A DNA stretch of 64,000 bases from Eledone cirrhosa (lineage: Eukaryota): assembly GCA_964016885.1 (NCBI GenBank), contig OZ024741.1, forward strand, positions 74,834,001 through 74,898,000, read 5' to 3'. This document shows, piece by piece, positions 54,667-64,000 of the stretch (its first letter is position 1; each line of letters begins with the position of its first letter). A model generated the notes under the pieces. That model was given only the letters and a program-made list of their open reading frames with translations. It was not told the DNA's origin and ran no database searches. Both the position numbers and the translations under genes were made by a program.

Positions 54667-55029
54667 TTGTTATACTTGGGGAGGGTCATATTTGTGTAAT
54701 ATTGCCAGAATTAATAACAGAACACACTGACGATGTTGCAGATGTGCAACGAAAGATTTATGATAAACTATATATATGTGTTTGTGTCTATATTGTATCT
54801 GTATTATTTTTGACCGTCGGTTAGTCAATGGCAACATTGAGGACCGAGTAAGTTAGATCGCAGATATAAAAGACAGAAGCGAGAAGCGAAAACCAACCAA
54901 ACAGTGAGTGTGTTCTGTTATTAATTCTGGCAATATTACACAAATATGACCCTCCCCAAGTATAACAATATTTGTTTCGACACACGATTTCATATAAAAA
55001 ACCTCGCGAAACTAATTCAACGCCGCTAT
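54667..55029. mobile_element. Fold-back solo pLTR of PLE family 1 (short inverted arm 54667-54728, long arm 54725-55029)
   Basis: Left arm is the reverse complement of ~54908-54969; junction at CACT microhomology; right arm reads [28 protein letters not shown]. Confidence 0.9.
54725..54762 (+). ncRNA. Family-1 hammerhead motif
   Basis: CA-CTGACGA-T-GTTGCA[GATG]TGCAAC-GAAA-GATTTA-TG. Confidence 0.65.
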
Positions 55030-55061
55030 GTATATATATATATATGTATATATGCATATAT

Positions 55062-55504
55062 ATCATCATCATCATCATTTTACGTCCGCTTTTCCCTGCT
55101 TGCAAGAGTGGGACGGGTCTTATTCAGCACAGCATCTCTCCACTCGTCACGGTCCCTCGTCATCTCCACCGTGAGCTTCAATGATCTGAGGTCTGTTCTC
55201 ACTACCTCCGCCCATGTTTTTCGTGGTCTACCTCTACCACGTCTTCCTTCAACTGGCATTTCCTGGCACTTCTTCACCCATCGGTCATCCTCCATGCGCA
55301 TCACATGTCCATACCACCTCAGTCTCCTCTCCCGTACACTACATTCTATCCCTCTCAGACACAGTTTCTCTCTCAACACATTTATGCTGGGTCGTTCACG
55401 CACATTTACACTGGACATCCAACGGAGCATGCTTGCCTCATTTCTCTCCAGCCGTCGCATATCCTCTGCGGTTGCTGCCCATGTCTCACTACCATGCAGC
55501 ATCG

Positions 55505-55505
<1 letters not shown>
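55062..55505 (-). mobile_element. Short 3' copy of RTE family C
   Basis: AMLHGSETW...GRPRKTW; close match to 27613-28053. Confidence 0.9.
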
Positions 55506-56602
<1,097 letters not shown>

Positions 56603-57246
56603 AAAATTTAGCTCATCAAAAGGAGCCGTAATACTATTAACTTGTATTTCACAGCTCAGAAATACTTCTTTCTTTGAGCTAATTAATTGTAAAAGACTGA
56701 GTTTATGACTCCATATATATAAATTTAGCTCCTTTTGTTGAGCTAAATTTTAGTCCCATAAAAACGGCTGTTATTTCTAGCAGCACGCGTATGGGGTAGC
56801 TAGGAGCTGAGAAAACATGTGCGTCTATCAGTCCTCCTAAATATTTTGAGGTGAAACATACCAATTTTTTCTGGGTACTTGCTGATGAGAACAGAAGATG
56901 GAATTTTTCACTTTTTCAATTATCAAAACTTATTTGGGTTTTGAAGTTTAAACTTATCTACGGAACAGGTTTGGATTTTGAAATTTAAATTTGTCCAAGT
57001 ATCACGGCTATTGCCAATATGGGTTTGTTTTTATTGATTTATTATTTTAAATCGAGACAGGCAAACTGTATTAATCTAATTAGTATTTTTCAATCTAGCT
57101 AACTTGGTCATTTGCAATACAAACACTTATATGATTCTATTAGTGTTTATCATATATATTAATTTATATTAACTTGTATTTCACGGCTCAGAAATACTTC
57201 TTTCTTTGAGCTAATTAATTGTAAAAGACTGTTTGAGTTTATAACT

Positions 57247-59598
<2,352 letters not shown>

Positions 59599-59809
59599 AT
59601 TGTTATATTTGGGGAGGGTCATATTTGCGTAATATTGCCAGAATTAATAACAGAACACACTCACTGTTTGGTTGGTTTTCGCTTCTCGCTGTCTTTTATA
59701 TATATATATCTGCGATCTAACTTACTCGGTCCTCAATGTTGCCATTGACTGACCGGCGGTCAAAAATAATACAGATACAATATAGACAAACACATATATA
59801 TATAGTTTA

Positions 59810-59847
59810 CATAAATCTTTCGTTGCACATCTGCAACATCGTCAGTG
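59810..59847 (-). ncRNA. Family-1 hammerhead motif (3' pLTR)
   Basis: Identical to 2053-2090. Confidence 0.65.
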
Positions 59848-60127
59848 GTGTTATATTCATTGTTCCTCCTGTTGTGTTGTATGTCTACGCCATTTTTTTT
59901 TTTTTGTTCAGTCTGTCTATATATTTATTTATTTATTTGCTTGTTTGTTTATCTTATTTTATTTTGTCTTCTTTGCGCATGCGTTTGCGTGTGTGTATAG
60001 TGTTATGTGTGATGTGTGATGTGTGACTAGTGTGTATAGTGTTGTCTGCTGGGTGACTAGTGTGTGTTTATGTGCTTGTGTATGTATTTATTTATCTTAT
60101 TTTATTTAATTTAATTTACTTATTTAT

Positions 60128-63100
60128 TTATACTTCTCTTAGGTCAGTGTTGTTTGTTTGGGTGTTGTTGTTGTTCCACTCATTCTTTCTGTTTAGCTTT
60201 GGTCTTCTAATTTCTATTTCACTGGCCTCTCTGATTTGCCTATCTGCTGGGTCATTCCTATGTTTAGATATTATTCTAATTTCTATGTTGTCTATGTTAC
60301 CGTCATGATGTTGTCTAGCATGTTCGTATAGTACTGACCCGTTTTTTCGTCCTTTTAGTTCCCCCCAGTGTTGGTCTATCCTTTCACCTATGCTACGAGC
60401 TGTCTCACCTATGTATGTTGTTGTCGTGTTTCTGCAAGTACCCTCTGTACATCTTATGCTATAGACTACGTTTCTAGTTTTACAGTTTATCCGGGGGTTC
60501 ACCTTACATATGATACATTTCCTATTGGTACAGTGGGTTTTCTTAAAAGGGTAGGTTTTGCTGATCAGGGATTTTATGGTGGTTCCTGGCTTTTCTACCA
60601 CCTTTATTTTTAGGTGGGTCTTTCTCAGGGCCTTTCTACACTGGTTAGCTAATTTCCCTCCAGGGGTGGCGTCCACAAACATGACACTCTGATATCTCTG
60701 GTTGTCGTACCATGATGTGGCCTTCCCTATCTTATGTCTAGCCCTATCTAAGCTATTCCATGATTTGCTCCTGTATAGTGGGCAAATTCCTTTCATGTCC
60801 AGTTCTATGAGGGTCTTATACTTTTCCATGGCTCCTTCGTATACTCTGACTCTGTCTCTTTGGTTGTAGCCAGAGAACTGCATGCGGTTGATGAAGTGTT
60901 GGATGTGTCCTTCCATTTCTGTTGGGTCGCACATGCTGGACACATTCTTCATCACTCGTACCAAATCTGCGATCAGAATATTAAACTTAGCACTACTGGA
61001 CATTGCTGAGTTTTTGAGTATCAGGTATTTGGAGGCCATGGGTTTAGCATAGTGTGAGTGGAGAATTTGGGCTCTCTCGTCTATAGTGTTAATCCAGAGT
61101 TCTGTGTCTAATACAGGTAGTCTATTGTTAGGGTGTTTGGAAGGGAAGTCTATAGTTACAGTTATACTCTGGTGTATGGAATTAGCTATCTGCTGGATGC
61201 TTTCCATCGTGCTACGTTCTAAATCAAACTTGTTAGTGCTCTCTAGTGGGGGTGTTCTTATAACTATATTGATATCGTCTACATAACGAGAGTACATGAT
61301 GAGGTCTATGGAGCTTTCATTAAGGAGATCTTTAAGTCTCCTTTCCCACCATACCATGAAAAGGTTGGCAACATCGCCAGCTATGCTGACGCCGATGGCT
61401 GCTCCCTCATTTTGGGTGTAGATTTTCTCATTGAACTTAAATATGTGGCCCTTTAGGGTAGTTTTGATACTAGCCCCTATTGCATGTGCGACCATTTTTC
61501 TTACCTGATCAGTGTTTTGGGGGGTCCGTATAGCTTTGGTCCACCCAATCCACCTTCCTATGGGAGTCTTTTTAGCCATTGAGGTTATGGTGGGGGGTCT
61601 ACCTCTTATAGGTCTACTAGGGCAGAAACATCTAAGGTCATGGCTGTCTAGGTAGTCAGTGTCGTAGGTAAGTCTAAGTAGGAGGCCCAGTTCGTCTGTG
61701 TCGACGTCGCAGAACTCCACCTCACTCTCAATGATCATCTCCACACATCTTTTCACAGCAAAATCAATGTTAATGGATGGGTACAGTGACACCACATCCA
61801 TGCTGCCTATTATGCAGTTGGATAGGCTCCTGTTTTTGTTGCACTCACTGATTCTGCTGAGGAGGTCCTCTGTACTTTCACATACATCTGGGGACATCTT
61901 GATTATGGGGCGTATAACCATTGAGAGGAAGTAGGAGATCCTGTAGTTGCTAGCTATATTAGCTCCGCATACAGGTCTTGTTGGTGGTCCTATTGTCGGG
62001 TCGTCGACTGTCTTGTGGTCTTTGCGGAGCCCATACAAGGGTGGTATGCCATTGTTAGACGCCTGGAAGTTGTTGGCAGTGCGTCTGCTTGGCTTTAGGA
62101 TGTCAGTCCACATCATCATGTGAGCGTTGAGGATTTTTTCTCTCCCATCGTGTGTTAGTTGTGCAACTTCGCTCGTGTTGGTGATGTGGGGTTGCATTGC
62201 CTCGATGTAGTTCGGCATGCTATCTATTGACATCCTACCAGACTTATCTGTGGGTAGACACACTACCTCACCATCCCTTGTGCGCTGCTTGAGGCTAACC
62301 AAGCCTTCTACAGGTTTTATCCCAAGTTGTTGGGCCTCTGGTCTGCTCTGTCTCATAGTGTACCTGTCTACTACTTGTCTAATCTTATTTCTAGCTATGG
62401 TGAACTGTGCCTCCGTCTCGTCATCTATTTGTTGTGGTATGCAAACTCTTTTATTAAAGGGTAACCTCGTAGGATAGATATTACCCATCTTATATGTTTT
62501 GTCAGCTGGGTTGAAAAATAGTTTCTCTAAGGGGTTGTCGTTATTTCTATCGTCATAGTTGTGTGTGTTGCTATTATTGTTATCATGGTGGTTGTTGTTG
62601 TTTCTATCCTTAGCATTAATATTATTATTGTTATGATTGCTAGATGTATTGTTGTTTACTTCACCGTTATTGTTGTTGTTACTGCTATTTCTACCATTGT
62701 GGTTGTTACTATTATTATGTTTCTTGTTTTTGTTGATGTTGCTACATGTACTATTTCCATTATTACCACTGTGGTTATTGTTGTTGTTGTTGTTCGTATT
62801 GTTACCGTTATTACTACTGTGGTCACTGTTGCTGTGTCTGTGGTTAACGTTTCTATTATTATTATTATTGTGGTTGTTGTTGTTCTGTCTATCGCTAGTA
62901 TTATTACCATTATCACTATTTCTCACTTTCCTGCCATTGTTATGGTTATGGCTGTTATTTCTATACCCAGAGTTATTGTTTATATTACTACTACCGTTAT
63001 TATTGTTGTTGTTGTTGTTTACCTTTGCATTCCAACGTATTTTTGTGAAACACTTTTCCAGCTCCGTTTTGCATTCCATAGGATTAATCTTTTTGTAGAT

Positions 63101-63760
63101 GGCAAATTTTGGTGGTAACTTTAGGATTTGTTGTTCTTGTTCACTGATTAAAGTGTTCCCATAGATATTTACTGTGTGGTCATTGGTAAATTCTTCCGGT
63201 AGTTTTACATCACTCATACGGATGTTGTCGATGTTATCTGGGTATTTTTGAGAATATTCGATTTTCCTTTCTTGTAGTTTTTTCTTATTCATCCATTCTA
63301 ATTTCTTCTTGAAATGCCTACAGCATTCGTTTTGAGCATATTTCGTTTCGCGTCGGATGACGCTCATGAAGTCATCTCTCTCGTTTGCTGTGATGAGATT
63401 TCGGATTTCCTTACCGTTGATGCGTTTTTGTCTGTAGAGTGCGTTGACTTTTGTGTATGTTGTTCTTTTCATATTAACTGTTATTGTGTGTTTTAGCCGT
63501 TCAGCTTGTGTTTTGTTCAATAATAAATTATTTACTTGTTTTGATATGTTTGTTGTGTATGTTTTGGAGGAAACACAGTGTTTTAAGAAGCGGATTTGTT
63601 CTGTTGTTATTGTAGTTTTTATATAACAGAAAACAGTGTCTTTCAATAACCTTTCAGCTTGGCACAAGCTAATGCCATAGCGGCGATGAATTAGTTTTGC
63701 GAGGTTTTTTATATGAAATCGTGTGTCGAAACAGATATTGTTATATTTGGGGAGGGTCAT
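60128..63760 (-). CDS. Penelope-like reverse transcriptase + GIY-YIG endonuclease, 1210 aa, with an Asn-rich insert
   Basis: PTDKSG, LYGLRKDHK, TRPVCG, GSMDVVSLYPSI, QNEGAAIG, YSRYVDDI, LPVLD, Cys linker CTNRKCIIC, VVYSIRC..YIGET. Confidence 0.96.
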   Translation of the reverse strand: MTLPKYNNICFDTRFHIKNLAKLIHRRYGISLCQAERLLKDTVFCYIKTTITTEQIRFLKHCVSSKTYTTNISKQVNNLLLNKTQAERLKHTITVNMKRTTYTKVNALYRQKRINGKEIRNLITANERDDFMSVIRRETKYAQNECCRHFKKKLEWMNKKKLQERKIEYSQKYPDNIDNIRMSDVKLPEEFTNDHTVNIYGNTLISEQEQQILKLPPKFAIYKKINPMECKTELEKCFTKIRWNAKVNNNNNNNNGSSNINNNSGYRNNSHNHNNGRKVRNSDNGNNTSDRQNNNNHNNNNNRNVNHRHSNSDHSSNNGNNTNNNNNNNHSGNNGNSTCSNINKNKKHNNSNNHNGRNSSNNNNNGEVNNNTSSNHNNNNINAKDRNNNNHHDNNNSNTHNYDDRNNDNPLEKLFFNPADKTYKMGNIYPTRLPFNKRVCIPQQIDDETEAQFTIARNKIRQVVDRYTMRQSRPEAQQLGIKPVEGLVSLKQRTRDGEVVCLPTDKSGRMSIDSMPNYIEAMQPHITNTSEVAQLTHDGREKILNAHMMMWTDILKPSRRTANNFQASNNGIPPLYGLRKDHKTVDDPTIGPPTRPVCGANIASNYRISYFLSMVIRPIIKMSPDVCESTEDLLSRISECNKNRSLSNCIIGSMDVVSLYPSINIDFAVKRCVEMIIESEVEFCDVDTDELGLLLRLTYDTDYLDSHDLRCFCPSRPIRGRPPTITSMAKKTPIGRWIGWTKAIRTPQNTDQVRKMVAHAIGASIKTTLKGHIFKFNEKIYTQNEGAAIGVSIAGDVANLFMVWWERRLKDLLNESSIDLIMYSRYVDDINIVIRTPPLESTNKFDLERSTMESIQQIANSIHQSITVTIDFPSKHPNNRLPVLDTELWINTIDERAQILHSHYAKPMASKYLILKNSAMSSSAKFNILIADLVRVMKNVSSMCDPTEMEGHIQHFINRMQFSGYNQRDRVRVYEGAMEKYKTLIELDMKGICPLYRSKSWNSLDRARHKIGKATSWYDNQRYQSVMFVDATPGGKLANQCRKALRKTHLKIKVVEKPGTTIKSLISKTYPFKKTHCTNRKCIICKVNPRINCKTRNVVYSIRCTEGTCRNTTTTYIGETARSIGERIDQHWGELKGRKNGSVLYEHARQHHDGNIDNIEIRIISKHRNDPADRQIREASEIEIRRPKLNRKNEWNNNNTQTNNTDLREV

Positions 63761-63947
63761 ATTTGCGTAATATTGCCAGAATTAATAACAGAACACACTC
63801 ACTGTTTGGTTGGTTTTCGCTTCTCGCTGTCTTTTATATATATATATCTGCGATCTAACTTACTCGGTCCTCAATGTTGCCATTGACTGACCGGCGGTCA
63901 AAAATAATACAGATACAATATAGACAAACACATATATATATAGTTTA

Positions 63948-63985
63948 CATAAATCTTTCGTTGCACATCTGCAACATCGTCAGTG
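63948..63985 (-). ncRNA. Family-1 hammerhead motif (5' pLTR), ~190 nt upstream of the ATG
   Basis: Identical to 59810-59847. Confidence 0.65.
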
Positions 63986-64000
63986 GTGTTATATTCATTG

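Noticed and set aside
62561-63118. Val/Ile/Leu-rich plus-strand ORFs that look like membrane proteins
   Set aside because: Antisense shadows of the Asn-rich (AAC/AAT)n insert

Overview
AT-rich eukaryotic non-coding DNA made almost entirely of retroelements and microsatellites; no host protein-coding exon could be supported. The repeat style ((GAT)n-tailed RTE/SINE 3' ends, RTE with C2H2 fingers, kilobase (TA)n arrays) suggests an octopus or other cephalopod, which is an inference. Main content: (1) An apparently intact, young Penelope-like element (PLE) at 59597->64000 (-). It has a 1210-aa RT + C-terminal GIY-YIG ORF with a ~160-aa Asn-rich insert and direct pLTRs. Related truncated and fold-back copies, a second subfamily, and Poseidon-like and Neptune-like relics are also present. 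(2) About a dozen type-I hammerhead ribozyme motifs from roughly seven unrelated sequence families, most with a palindromic stem III, including one with a ~114-nt stem II and one with a U3-A8 core variant. (3) Several RTE-clade LINE families: one with a PHD-like finger inside the RT region, one with three C-terminal C2H2 fingers, a bipartite non-autonomous derivative with a possible HDV-like ribozyme remnant, and a 5'-inverted insertion with a 15-bp TSD. (4) Two non-autonomous Helitrons, plus hAT-like and piggyBac-like MITEs. (5) Long inverted repeats, including a 74-bp-arm hairpin in otherwise unique sequence. The many Y/I/H/C-rich ORFs in the track are microsatellite artefacts. Ribozyme folds were read by eye and none is tested; element boundaries are approximate.
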